Notes: generated from the letters alone by a model not told the origin. DNA of 64,000 bases from Malacoraja senta (GCA_038087875.1 CM075987.1:17424001-17488000), one strand, 5' to 3'; numbered from the stretch's first letter, positions 1 through 12,243 are shown. Translations and numbers: made by a program.

Positions 1-3000
1 AGTTGGCTTGCCTTTTAAAGACTCTTCAGAAAATGTGTTGGTTGCTTGCAAAGTGTTTGCCAAATTGGCTTGGCTTTTAAAGATTCTTCAGAAAATGGGT
101 TGGTTGCTTGCAAAGTGTTTGCCAAGTTGGCTTGTCTTTTAAAGACTTCAGAAAATGTGTTGGTTGCTTGCAAAGTGTTTGCCAATTTGGCTTGGCTTTT
201 AAAGACTTCAGAAAATGTGTTTGTTGCTTGCAAAGTGTTTGCCAAGTTGGCTTGGCTTTTAAAGACTCTTCAGTAAATGTGTTGGTTGGTTGTAAAGTGT
301 TTGCCAAGTTGGCTTGGCTTTTAAAGACTTCAGAAAATGTGTTGGTTGCTTGCAAAGTGTTTGCCAAATTGGCTTGGCTTTTCAAGACTCTTCCGAAAAT
401 GTGTGGGTTGCTTGCATAGCGTTTGGCAAGTAGGCTTGGCTTTTAAAGACTCTTCAGTAAATGTGTGGGTTGCTTGCAAAGCGTTTGGCAAGTTGGGTTG
501 GCTTTTAAAGGCTCTTCAGAAAATGTGTGGGTTGCTTGCAAAGCGATTGGCAAGTTGGCTTGGCTTTTAAAGACTCTTCTGAAAATGTGTTGGTTGCTTG
601 CAAAGTGTTTGGCAAGTTGGCTTGGCTTTTAAAGACTCTTCAGAAAATGTGTTGGTTGCTTTCAAAGCGTTTGCCAAGTTAGCTTGAATTTTAATGACTC
701 TTCAGAAAATGTGTTGGTTGCTTGCAAAGCGTTTGCCCAATTGGCTTGCCTTTTAAAGACTCTTCAGAAAATGTGTTGGTTGCTTGCAAAGTGTTTGCCA
801 AGTTGGCTTGGCTTTTAAAGACTCTTCAGAAAACATGTTGGTTGCTTGCAAAGTGTTTTGCAAGTTGTCTTGGCCTTTAAAGACTCTTCCGAAAATGTGT
901 TGGTTGCTTGTAAAGTGTTTGCCAAATTGGCTTGGCTTTTAAAGACTTCAGAAAATGTGTTGGTTGCTTGCAAAGTGTTTGCCAATTTGGCTTGGCTTTT
1001 AAAGACTCTTCAGAAAATGTGTTGGTTGCTTGCAAAGTGTTTGCCAAATTGGCTTGGCTTTTAAAGACTCTTCAGAAAATGGGTTGGTTGCTTGCAAAGT
1101 GTTTGCCAAATTGGCTTGGCTTTTAAAGACTCTTGAGAAAATGTGTTGGTTGCTTGCAAAGTATTTGCCAAGTTGGCTTGGCTTTTAATGACTCTTCAGT
1201 AAATGTGTTGGTTGCTTGCAAAATGTTTGCCAAGTTGGCTTGGCTTTTAAAGAATCTTCAAAAAATGCGTTGGTTGGTTGCAAAGTGTTTGCCAAATTGG
1301 CTTTTAAAGACTCTTCAGAAAACGTGTGGGTTGCTTGCAAAGCGTTTGGCAACTTGGCTTGGCTTTTAAAGACTTCAGTAAATGTGTGGGTTGCTTGCAA
1401 AGCGTTTGGCAAGTTGGCTTGGCTTTTAAAGACTTCAGAAAATGTGTGGGTTGATTGCAAAACGTTTGGCAAGGGCTTGGCTTTTAAAGACTCTTCAGAA
1501 AATGTGTTAGTTGCTTGCAAAGCGTTTGGCAAGTTGACTTGGCTTTTAAAGACTCTTCAGAAAATGTGTTGGTTGCTTGCAAAGCGTATGGCCAGTTGGC
1601 TTGGCTTTTAAAGACTCTTCAGAAAATCTGTTGGTTGCTTCCAAAGCGTTTGCCAAGTTGGCTTGGCTTTTAATGACTCTTCAGAAAACGTGTTGGTTGC
1701 TTGCAAAGCGTTTGCCAAGTTGGCTTGGCTTTTAAAGACTCTTCAGAAAACGTGTTGGTTGCTTGCAAAGCGTTTGCCAAGTTGGCTTGGCTTTTAATGA
1801 CTCTTCAGAAAATGTGTTGGTTGCTTGCAAAGAATTTGCCAATTTGGCTTGGCTTTTAAAGACTCTTCAGAAAATGTGTTGGTTTCTTGCAAAGTGTTTG
1901 CCAAATGTGGTTTGGCTTTTAAAGACTCTTCAGAAAATGTGTTGGTTGCTTGCAAAGTGTTTTCCAAGTTGGCTTGGCTTTTAAAGACTCTTCAGAAAAT
2001 GTGTTGGTTGCTTGCAAAGTGTTTGCCAAATTGGCTTGGCTTTTGAAGACTCTTCAGAAAATGTGTTGGTTGCTTGCAAAGTGTTTGCCAAGTTGGCTTG
2101 GCTTATAAAGACTCTACAGAAAATGGGTTGGTTGATTGCAAAGTGTTTGCCAAGTTGGCTTGGCTTTTAAAGACTCTTCAAAAAATGGGTTGGTTGCTTG
2201 CAAAGTGTTTGCCAAATTGGCTTTTAAACACTCTTCAGAAAACGTGTGGGTTGCTTGCAAAGCGTTTGGCAACTTGGCTTGGCTTTTAAAGACTTCAGTA
2301 AATGTGTGGGTTGCTTGCAAAGCGTTTGGCAAGTTGGCTTGGCTTTTAAAGAGTTCAGAAAATGTGTGGGTTGATTGCAAAACGTTTGCCAAGTTGGCTT
2401 GGCTTTTAAAGACTCTTCAAAAAATGGGTTGGTTGCTTGCAAAGTGTTTGCCAAATTGGCTTTTAAAGACTCTTCAGAAAACGTGTGGGTTGCTTGCAAA
2501 GCGTTTGGCAACTTGGCTTGGCTTTTAAAGACTTCAGTAAATGTGTGGGTTGCTTGCAAAGCGTTTGGCAAGTTGGCTTGGCTTTTAAAGACTTCAGAAA
2601 ATGTGTGGGTTGATTGCAAAACGTTTGGCAAGGGCTTGGCTTTTAAAGACTCTTCAGAAAATGTGTTAGTTGCTTGCAAAGCGTTTGGCAAGTTGACTTG
2701 GCTTTTAAAGACTCTTCAGAAAATGTGTTGGTTGCTTGCAAAGCGTATGCCCAGTTGGCTTGGCTTTTAAAGACTCTTCAGAAAATCTGTTGGTTGCTTC
2801 CAAAGCGTTTGCCAAGTTGGCTTGGCTTTTAATGACTCTTCAGAAAACGTGTTGGTTGCTTGCAAAGCGTTTGCCAAGTTGGCTTGGCTTTTAAAGACTC
2901 TTCAGAAAACGTGTTGGTTGCTTGCAAAGCGTTTGCCAAGTTGGCTTGGCTTTTAAAGACTCGTCAGAAAATGTGTTGGTTGCTTGCAAAGCGTTTGCCA

Positions 3001-4248
3001 AGTTGGCTTGGCTTTTAAAGACTCTTCAGAAAATGGGTTGGTTGCTTGCAAAGTGTTTGCCAAATTGGCTTGGCTTTTAAAGACTCTTGAGAAAATGTGT
3101 TGGTTGCTTGCAAAGTATTTGCCAAGTTGGCTTGGCTTTTAATGACTCTTCAGTAAATGTGTTGGTTGCTTGCAAAATGTTTGCCAAGTTGGCTTGGCTT
3201 TTAAAGACTCTTCAAAAAATGGGTTGGTTGCTTGCAAAGTGTTTGCCAAATTGGCTTTTAAAGACTCTTCAGAAAACGTGTGGGTTGCTTGCAAAGCGTT
3301 TGGCAACTTGGCTTGGCTTTTAAAGACTTCAGTAAATGTGTGGGTTGCTTGCAAAGCGTTTGGCAAGTTGGCTTGGCTTTTAAAGACTTCAGAAAATGTG
3401 TGGGTTGATTGCAAAACGTTTGGCAAGGGCTTGGCTTTTAAAGACTCTTCAGAAAATGTGTTAGTTGCTTGCAAAGCGTTTGGCAAGTTGACTTGGCTTT
3501 TAAAGACTCTTCAGAAAATGTGTTGGTTGCTTGCAAAGCGTATGCCCAGTTGGCTTGGCTTTTAAAGACTCTTCAGAAAATCTGTTGGTTGCTTCCAAAG
3601 CGTTTGCCAAGTTGGCTTGGCTTTTAATGACTCTTCAGAAAACGTGTTGGTTGCTTGCAAAGCGTTTGCCAAGTTGGCTTGGCTTTTAAAGACTCTTCAG
3701 AAAATGTGTTGGTTGCTTGCAAAGCGTTTGCCAAGTTGGCTTGGCTTTTAATGACTCTTCAGAAAATGTGTTGGTTGCTTGCAAAGAGTTTGCCAATTTG
3801 GCTTGGCTTTTAAAGACTCTTCAGAAAATGTGTTGGTTTCTTGCAAAGTGTTTGCCAAATGTGGTTTGGCTTTTAAAGACTCTTCAGAAAATGTGTTGGT
3901 TGCTTGCAAAGTCTTTTCCAAGTTGGCTTGGCTTTTAGACTCTTCAGAAAATGTGTTGGTTGCTTGCAAAGTGTTTGCCAAATTGGCTTGGCTTTTGAAG
4001 ACTCTTCAGAAAATGTGTTGGTTGCTTGCAAAGTGTTTGCCAAGTTGGCTTGGCTTATAAAGACTCTACAGAAAATGGGTTGGTTGCTTGCAAAGTGTTT
4101 GCCAAGTTGGCTTGGCTTTTAAAGACTCTTCAGAAAATGTGTTGGTTGCTTGCAAAGCGTTTGGCAATTTGGCTTGTCTTTTAAAAACTCTTCAGAAAAT
4201 GTGTGGGTTGCTTGCAAAGCGTTTTGCAAGTTGGCTTGGCTTTTAAAA
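1..4248. repeat. 62-bp satellite array with higher-order structure (truncated by window start)
   Basis: Consensus AGTTGGCTTGGCTTTTAAAGACTCTTCAGAAAATGTGTTGGTTGCTTGCAAAGTGTTTGCCA repeated throughout, with shorter deletion variants. Diagnostic variant blocks recur at an offset of 1954 bp (ORFs 1133/3087, 1216/3170, 1763/3717). Confidence 0.97.
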
Positions 4249-4359
4249 TCGTTGCAACAGTTTTTGGATGGATAAAGCATGAATAAACATTTTATTAGAT
4301 CAGACACATTAGATTAGTCTGTGTTTAATTGCAACATTGGCGCTCAATCCGTGGCTTCT

Positions 4360-4523
4360 GCTTAGTTGCAAGATGGCATCGATTATGTCATTTCCGGTTA
4401 GCGGCATGCTGGCGCTGGGTGCGTCATTTCCGGTTCGTGGCAAGAAGCGCAACGTCAAGATGGCGCCGAGTGCAGACGCCGTTGAATAATTCAAGACAAC
4501 TGAATGCCCTGTTTATGGTGAGT
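4360..4523 (+). promoter_or_regulatory. CpG-containing promoter-like cluster followed by a splice donor
   Basis: Two YY1-like CAAGATGGC (4369, 4456), two GTCATTTCCGG ETS/CRE-half composites (4387, 4423) and G|GTGAGT donor at 4518. Confidence 0.4.
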
Positions 4524-4649
4524 GTGTTTGTTGGACGATATTTAAAGCATGTTTTTGCTTCAGCAGCAGCAGCCTTAAAACGTTTGAATCATTCGGTTCA
4601 CACACTGTATGTTTACCACGTTCTGAAGTTACTTGGCATTTTAGTATTG

Positions 4650-6965
4650 GGAGTGTGTGTGTACTTCAGTGTATGTGTGTGAGTCAGTGTGTGTGTGTGT
4701 CTGTGTGTGTGTGCGTGTCAGTGTGTGTGTGTGAGTCTGTGTGTCTGTGTGTGTGAGTCTGTGTGTCTGACTGTGTGTGTGTGAGTCTGAGTGAGTGTGT
4801 GACTCTGTGTGTGTGTGTGTCTGTATGTATGAGTCTGTGTGTGTGCGTCTGTGTGTGAGTCTGTGTGTGTGTGAGTCTGTGTGTGTGTGTGAGTATGTGA
4901 GTCTGTGTGTCTGTCTGTGTGTCTATCTGTGTGTGTCTGTGTGAGAGGGTGTGTCTGAGAGTCTGTGTGTGTGTATAGGGGGGTTGCATGTAAGGTCACC
5001 GGGTCAAAGGGCTTGATGCATGGAACTGCTCAATCCATCTGGAGGACATCGCAGCTTCCGGTAGATGTTGTTAATACATGAAATGCATACATTCCTGCCT
5101 GTTAAAATCAGCCAAAATGGTGAATCTTTTCGCTGTAAATAATTGTGGAAGTCAGGGTAACCGTGAGAGCCATCTATCCTACTTCAGAATTCCAAAAGTG
5201 AAGAGAAATGAAGGTAAAGGGAAGCGAGAGCTGAAGGGACAACAACAACTAAAGTGCTTGGCGAACATTGGCCGTGCAGATATCTAGATTGAAAATATTG
5301 GGAATTATCTCATTTGCTCACTGCATTTCATCAACAGTAAGGCATTATTTGTGTTTTGTTTATTGCTTTGTAATCTAAAAAGTTTCAGAAGTGATAAATC
5401 TGGCTGTAAAATTTTAAAATCACCCATGGTTCTGAAGTGGGTTTTTACATGCAAAAGGAAAACGCTTCTGAAGCTTAATTTATCATTTAAAAAATCTACA
5501 GACTTTCCAGTGGTGTGTGGAAAAGTAAGTTTTCTATCATTATGGTATTGAGATGTATATTTTGGCAAATAATAAAATGTCCTGACAGCTTAAACATCCA
5601 CTCCCTTTCAATAGGATATTGTCAATTTGCTGAGGTCGATTATGTCCAATTAACAGCTAACAATTATGCCATTCCTTGGCTTGCATCTGAGTAAAATGTT
5701 ATTCAAAACCCACGTATGGTTTGCGATTTTTTTAATGATAAATTTTACTTCAAAGGCGTTTTCATTTTTATGTTAAAAACCCACTTGAGAACCATGGGCG
5801 ATTTTAAAGTATTACAGCCAGATTTATCACTTCTGAAACTTTTTAGATGCCAATAAAGAAAAAACACAAATAATGCCTTACTGTTGATGAAATGCAGTGA
5901 GCAAACGCGATAATTCCCAATATTTTCAATCTCGATATCTGCACGGCCAATGTTCGCCAAGTCCCTTCAGCTCTCACTTCTATCTACCATCATTTCTCCT
6001 CACTTTTGGAATTCTGAAGTAGGATAAATGTCTCTCACACTTATCCCGATTTCCATAATTATTTACAGCGCAAAAATTGACCATTTCGGCTGGTTTTAAT
6101 GGGCCCGCTACGCTGGAAACAATGGTAAGTGCTTACCTGCAGTTCATCGCGTGTACTCCAGTTGGCATAGCGTAGCCACAGTATGGATCACGGGTCGTGT
6201 CCCGACTGCCGTGCAACCTCCCTATGTGTGTGTGTGTCTGTGTGTGTGTGAAAGTCTGTAAGTGTGAGTCTGTGTGTGGGTGTGTGAGTGTGTGTATGTG
6301 GGTCCGTGTGTGTGTGTGAGTGTGTGAGTCTGTGTGTGAGTGACTGTGTGTGTGAGTCTGTGTGTGAGTCTGTGTGTGAGTCTGTGTGTGCGTGTGTCTG
6401 TGTGAGTCTGTGTGTGTGTGAGTGTCTGTGTGTGAGTGTCTGTGTGAGTGTCTGTGTGGTGGAGGGTGTGTGTCTGTGTGGTGGAGGGTGTGTGTGTGTC
6501 TGTGTGTGAGTCTGTGTGTGTGTGTGTCTGTGGTGGAGGGTGTGTGAGTCTGTGTGTGTGTGTGTGTCTGTGTGGTGGTGTGTGTGTGTGAGTCTGTGTG
6601 TCTGTGTGGTGGAGGGTGTGTGTGTGTCTGTGTGTGTGTGAGTCTGTGTGTGAGTCTGTGTGTGTGAGTCTGTGTGTGTGTCTGTGTGTCTGAGTCTGTG
6701 TGTGTGTGTGTCTGTGTGGTGGAGGGTGTGTGTGTGTGAGTCTGTGTGTGTGTGTGTCTGTGTGTGAGTCTGTGTGTGTGTCTGTGTGGTGGAAGGTGTG
6801 TGTGTGTGAGTCTGTGTGTGTGTGTGTCTGTGTGTGGTGGAGGTTATGTCTGTGTCTGTGTGTGTGTCTGTGTGTGTGAGTGTCTGTGTGGTGGAGGGTG
6901 TGTGTGTGTCTGTGTGAGTCTGTGTGTGTGTGAGTGTCTGTGTGTGGAGGAGGGTGTGTGTGTGA
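4650..6965. repeat. Degenerate (GT)n / GAGTCTGTGT microsatellite field interrupted by a TIR element
   Basis: GT-rich low-complexity tracts at 4650-4976 and 6224-6965; they generate the His/Thr and Cys/Val ORFs. Confidence 0.95.
4977..6223. mobile_element. Non-autonomous foldback DNA transposon with THAP-domain remnants (ISL2EU/PIF-Harbinger-like)
   Basis: Termini AGGGGGGTTGCA / TGCAACCTCCCT flanked by AT...AT. Internal inverted arms ~5100-5497 and ~5724-6100 each encode degenerate THAP (MVNxCAVNNC...YFRIP...(I/V)CSLHF). Confidence 0.75.
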
Positions 6966-7251
6966 TCAACAAATAACAAATAGTACAAATAATATAGTCT
7001 TTCATAGTTAAAGCTTATTTGTTGTTTAATAGCCTGATGGCTGTCAGGAAGAAGCTGTTCCTCAATGTGAATGTTACAGTTTTCAATTTACAAAAGTCGG
7101 ACGTGACTCCAGCAGTCGGGCATAAGTCAGTCAGTCCACAAGCCGTGATTCAGTCTGTCAGTCCAGAGGCCATGAGTGAGTCAGTCAGTAGGTCCAGAGA
7201 CCATGAGTTAGTCCCAAGGCACTGAGTGAGTCCAGAGGCCATGAGTAGGAA

Positions 7252-7602
7252 TTGCTGCAGGAATTGCTATACGATAGAACTGAACAACAGCAATTTGTTG
7301 AGGAGAATGGGCCTCTGCTGAATGCTGAGCAGAGAGCAGTATATGCACTCAATTTAACGGAAGGTGAAGACATTTCCCTTCAGCGGACCCAATTCCCCAT
7401 TCAATCAAGTTTTGCTGTGACGATCCATAAAGCACAGGAACAAACAATGCAGAAGGTGTTGATCTACCTCGACAAACCGGTATTTCAGCATGGAAAACTA
7501 TATGTGTCTCTTCGCCGAGGAAAGATGAAGGGAAATGTCAAAGTTTTCCTGAAGGATGGAACATCAACCAAGAATGTTGTCATTAAAAGCGTGCTTCGTT
7601 GA
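7252..7602 (+). pseudogene. Internally deleted Helitron Rep/Hel (Pif1-family helicase) fragment
   Basis: LNAEQRAVY (helicase N-terminal motif) joined in frame to RTQFPIQSSFAVTIHKAQEQT...PVFQHGKLYVSLRR...TKNVV (motifs V-VI and the typical Helitron C-terminus). Confidence 0.85.
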
Positions 7603-8006
7603 ATGATGACTTCTGAGATAAATTCTCAGATTTTCTTTAAAATTTGACCGCTCAATCTCTCCATATTTAAATTGTCTCTTTTTTTTAATCAACATCAAAG
7701 AGACATAAAGACGCAGTGAGCAGCAACAAGAGACACAACAAGAAAGAACTTAATAATTCTCATCTTCAACATTTAAATTGTTCATATATTTTAAGTCATT
7801 CACATTTTAAACTTTAATAAATCCTTTTTCCACTTTTCATGCCTGCATGTTCTTCATCACAATGGGAACCTAATGGGCAGGGATGGGTGCTCTGTGGGAG
7901 AGACACTAAGAGTGCATGGGGGGAGGTTGTGGGGAGATGGACTGAATGCGTGAGGGGGAGGGGAATGGCAAGGAGCAGAGTGGGGGGGTGAAGGGAGCAG
8001 GGGTGA

Positions 8007-8975
8007 CTGAGTGAACTGCCAGCATACCAGGCGTGAGTGACTGCACTGCCAGCCCACCAGCTGTCAGTGTCTGCACTGCCAGCGTACCAGGCGTGAGTGA
8101 CTGCACTGCCAGCCCACCAGCTGTCAGTGACTGCACTGCCAGCCCACCAGCCGTCAGTGACTGAACTGCCAGCCCACGAGCCGTGAGTAAGTGAACTGCC
8201 AGCCCACCAGCTGTAAGTGACTGAACTGCCAGCCCACCAGCCGTGAGTGACTGCACTGCCAGCCCACGAGTCGTGAGTAAGTGAACTGCCAGCCCACCAG
8301 CTGTAAGTGACTGAACTGCCAGCCCACCAGCCGTGAGTAACTGCACTGCCAGCCCACGAGCCGTGAGTAAGTGAACTGCCAGCCCACTAGCTGTGACTGC
8401 ACTGCCAGCCCACCAGCCGTGAAACTGCACTGCCAGCCCACCAGCCGTGAGTGACTGCACTGCCAGCCCATCAGTCGTGAGTGACTGCACTGCCAGCCCA
8501 CCAGCCGTGAGTGACTGCACTGCCAGCCCACCAGCCGTGAGTGACTGCACTGCCAGCCCACCAGCCGTGAGTGACTGCACTGCCAGCCCACCAGCCGTGA
8601 GTGACTGCACTGCCAGCCCACCAGCCATGAGTGAGTGCATTGCCAGCCCTGAATGGAAACCGATTGAGCCACGTTTTTTTGTTTCCTCTGTGTATGCGAG
8701 TACTCAGTGAAATGATATTAAAGAAATACTGATACTGATACTGACTGCACTGCCAGCTCACCAGCCGTAAGTGACTGAACTGCCAGCCCACCAGCCGTAA
8801 GTGACTGAACTGCCAGCCCAATAATCCATTCAGTCCACCCTCTCCCCCTTCTCTCTCAGAGTCTGTCACCTGTTTCGGGCAAAATTTCTGGCAGTTTCTC
8901 AGCTGCCAGGTCTGAGTGACTGTACTGCCAGGCCTCAGTGACTGAGCTGCCTGGCCTCAGTGACTGAGCTGCCAG
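8007..8975. repeat. 30-bp minisatellite in the Helitron 3' region
   Basis: Unit GTGACTGCACTGCCAGCCCACCAGCCGTGA in more than 20 copies, interrupted at ~8650-8745 by a short retroelement 3' end with a (GATACT)n tail. Confidence 0.95.
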
Positions 8976-9334
8976 CCCAAGAATCCATTCGGCCCACAAT
9001 GTCCATACTAGCCCTCTGGAAACCAGTCCCTTTAGCCCACAACACCCATACTAGCGCAACAGAAAGCCCTCCCCCCCACTGGCCAGCAATATTGGAATTG
9101 GTGGAGAGGTGGAATATTGCGTTGGGTGACCAACCCTCCCGTGTGATGCTGGGACCCAACGTGTCCCACTTAGTCTAGTTCTCACTGTATTTGTGTAATT
9201 CCCATTATATACAAAGCAGTGTCTAGCCTTGCCAAAGAGGCCCCCAGAAACGCTCATACAACCAACACCACGAATATAGAACTCAGTCAAACACTCCATT
9301 TAGTCCTGCATTTGATAACCACAAAAAAAAAATG

Positions 9335-9710
9335 TTTTATCATTGTTTGGTCAGTTTATTGCTCAGTTAGATGCTCATGTATTTTCCAGGAGTAGCAGTA
9401 GTATGTCAACGAAAAAGCATAATCATTTGGCATGTTAATATTTACATGGCACAAGAATTATTATTGAATAAATAATCAATGTTTACAATCACTAAGTGTA
9501 ACAATTGCTCATCATATCACTGATACTTTCTTGTCCCTCTGTAAATGTTTGCTTCAGTGGCAGATTGATCAGATTCACCAGGATTGTCTCTGATCAGCAG
9601 TCCTTCCCCAGGTATTCTGGAGTTAAATACAGGGCGAATGTAGAGAACTGATGTGATGCCAGGTGCCACACACTAATCACTTGCTGGAGTTATCTGGTCG
9701 ATGTCTAAAT
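9335..9710 (-). other. Candidate terminal exon / 3' UTR (possibly of the ADAM gene)
   Basis: Minus-strand acceptor TTTTTCTCCACAG before 9710, unique non-repeat sequence, AATAAA at 9360-9355. No homology evidence. Confidence 0.25.
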
Positions 9711-9741
9711 CTGTGGAGAAAAATTAGTTGTAATAATTGGA

Positions 9742-9955
9742 AGGTAGACAAAAGTGCTGGAGAAACTCAGCGGGTGAGGCAGCATCTATGAAGTGAAGGA
9801 ATAGGTGACGTTTCGGCTCGAGACCCTGCTTCAGACTGATGTAGGGGGGGGGCAGGAAGAAGAAAGGAAGTGGCGGAAACAGTAGGCTGTGGGAGAGCTG
9901 GGGAGGGGAAGGAGGGAGAAAGCAAGGACTACTTGAAATTGGAGAAGTCAATGTT
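9742..9955 (-). mobile_element. Penelope-like element terminal-repeat fragment with hammerhead-like motif
   Basis: Minus strand CTGAAGCAGGGTCTCGAGCCGAAACGTC followed by the GCTGAGTTTCTCCAGCA motif shared with other copies in the window. Confidence 0.6.
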
Positions 9956-10769
9956 TAAATAATAATTGGAAAGCAGTTTGGCAAAGAGTGTGCAGAGTGA
10001 CAATGTCTTTCCTCTTTTGTGGTTTATTCTTGTGGAGGTTATTGATAAAGAAGGAAATGACTATTGCAGGTACGTTGATCTGCTGAAGGATGCTGAACTA
10101 AAAACTTTTATTTTAAGTGGAAAGATTTTGGAGATATTGTCCACCACCACCACTGCACCAAACATTCCACATAAAATAGTTAGGATTGTTGTGTAAATTG
10201 GTGCTCAGCAACAATACAAGGAATAACACGTATTAGACACCAACTCCGATGCAAGTTTGTGGAAGCATCTTTGGCTGCCACCAGTTAAGACCATTGACGT
10301 GGAAGGAGATATTGTCCAGAAAGAGCAGGCTTGAGGCTGAGAACTTGATGCTCTCAGATATTCTGTATCTTCACCATTGGCTGGGAATCACCAATAACAT
10401 ACAACGTTACAAATAGATAATAGTATTGCTCATCCGAGCACAAGTTGTCAGGAAAATGACAAGATCAAGTTTTAATATTTAAACTGTATTAACAACAGCA
10501 GACAACCAGGCCCTTCATGCCACCATGTCCATGCCGATGTGACAATAAAAAACCTCAAGTACTTGTCAGTTGTAAAATAATTCAGCATTCGGGCCGCCCA
10601 TTCCAGCTCATACATAGATTGTCCTTTATGGCTCTTGCTCTTCCTCTTATAGTATTGGCCTTAATAAACTGATAAAATGCCTTTGGATTCGCCCTAATGG
10701 GTGAGATCTTTATGAATACTTCTCATCTGTATATACCATGGAGAGAGAATAGAATCGTGAGTTCAAGGA

Positions 10770-11521
10770 AACCAGCAATGGCTGCCTCGCCAACAGTCTT
10801 GTCTGTCCCTTCCTTCTCTCTTGTTTCTTTAGTATGTGTTAAATGTATATTTTTAGTGTTCTTTAGCTTGTTTTATGTGGGGGGGGGGGAGTTGGGGGAA
10901 ACTGTTTTCTAATCTCTTACCTTGACGGAGATGCAATTTTTTTCTGTATTGTACCTCTGTCCGCACTGCGGCCTAACATCGTGGAGTTGGAGGCCTCTGC
11001 TGGAGACCGACTTCGGGAGCTCCAACCACGGGAGCCTGCAGGACTTTAACACCACGGAGCTGGCAGTCTCTTTGCAGGGATCGGCCTCTGAGCTCCAACC
11101 GTGGGTGCCTGCGGACTTTAACATCGTGGGACTCGCGGTCTCTGGTTAGAGACCAACTCCGGGAGCTCCAAGCCACCGGAGCTTCGACCGCCCCGACGCA
11201 GGGGCTTCGATTGCCCCGACGCGGGAGCTTCGATCGCTCCGACGCGGGGGCTTCGACCACCCCGACGCGGGGGCTTCGATCGCTCCGACGGATGGTTCGA
11301 CTGCCCCGACCGCGGGAGAAAAATGAGGGAAGAAGATTAAACTTTATTACCTTCCCTCACAGTGAGCAATGTGGGGAATCCGCTGTGGTGGATGTTTATG
11401 TTAACTTTTATGTAGTTGTGTGTCTTGTTCCTTTTATTAGTATGGCTGTATGGTAATATGAATATCACTGTACCTTAATTGGTACATGTGACAATAAAAG
11501 ACCTTTGAAACCTTTGAAACA
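10770..11521 (+). mobile_element. GC-rich non-autonomous retroelement with Rex1-type 3' end
   Basis: CpG-rich body with an internal 23-bp tandem repeat (11175-11310), hairpins at ~11350-11395 and ~11466-11490, TGACAATAAA and a (CCTTTGAAA)n tail. Confidence 0.65.
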
Positions 11522-12243
11522 ACAGTGAAATGGTGAAATGTCAACATTATGAAGCATGAGGTGTTGGTTGTCTCAAGTGCATAAAGATGGATAAATCCTC
11601 AGGACCTGACCAGGCGTTTCCTAGCACATTATGGAGAAGATTTCTGGGACACTGGCAGAGATTTTTGAATATTTATTAGTCAAAGATAAGATACCAGAAA
11701 ACTATCCCATATAATCCTCTAAACCTTTCGTATCCTTGTACCTATCCAAATGTCTTTTAAATGTTGTAATTGTACCTGCCTCAACAACCTCCTCTGGCAG
11801 CTCATTCTAAGTACTAACTGCCCTTTATGTGGAAAAAGTTGCCCCTCAGGGTCCTATTAAATATTTCCCCTCTCAGCTTAAACCTGTGCCCTCTGGTTCT
11901 TAATTCCCCTGCTCTGGGTAAAAGACTGTACATTCCCATTATCTATTCCCCTCTTGATTTTATGCAGGTTGATCTTCCCCTGACTCAAGGCGGATTGATT
12001 GACTGACTGTATTTCACGAATAGGTTTCTGTGAGAACACGTGTCCATTTATATTGATGAAAACATCACTGAAAATTGATCTGTCCCTGTGCTGTGAAAGT
12101 CAAATTTATAACATCTCATATCCCTTTCAGGACATCACACTAAATACTACATTCATTATTAAATATAAATATATATTTTAAAATATTTAGTAATGTTTTT
12201 AATCATATTAATATGTATATTAAATATACATATTGACAATCAT

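Larger units (their letters stand above)
1..9178 (+). mobile_element. Defective Helitron (5' end outside the window or not recognised)
   Basis: 3' end is hairpin GGGAC-ccaacgt-GTCCC followed by TTAGTCTAG|T (CTAG 9175-9178). It has a Pif1-type helicase remnant at 7252-7602, and its last ~250 bp are homologous to the 3' end at 62930-63183. The left extent is inferred. Confidence 0.75.

Noticed and set aside
1..4248. CRISPR-like regular array
   Set aside because: Units are head-to-tail with no unique spacers, there are no cas genes, and the context is eukaryotic.
4684..6988. His/Thr-rich and Cys/Val-rich ORFs
   Set aside because: Products of (GT)n microsatellite sequence.
7906..8869. 244-aa repetitive ORF (AGGLAVQSLT)n
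   Set aside because: A 30-bp minisatellite without stops; no splice or domain support.
9966..10420. Possible exon in unique-looking sequence
   Set aside because: No convincing splice pair or recognisable protein motif.
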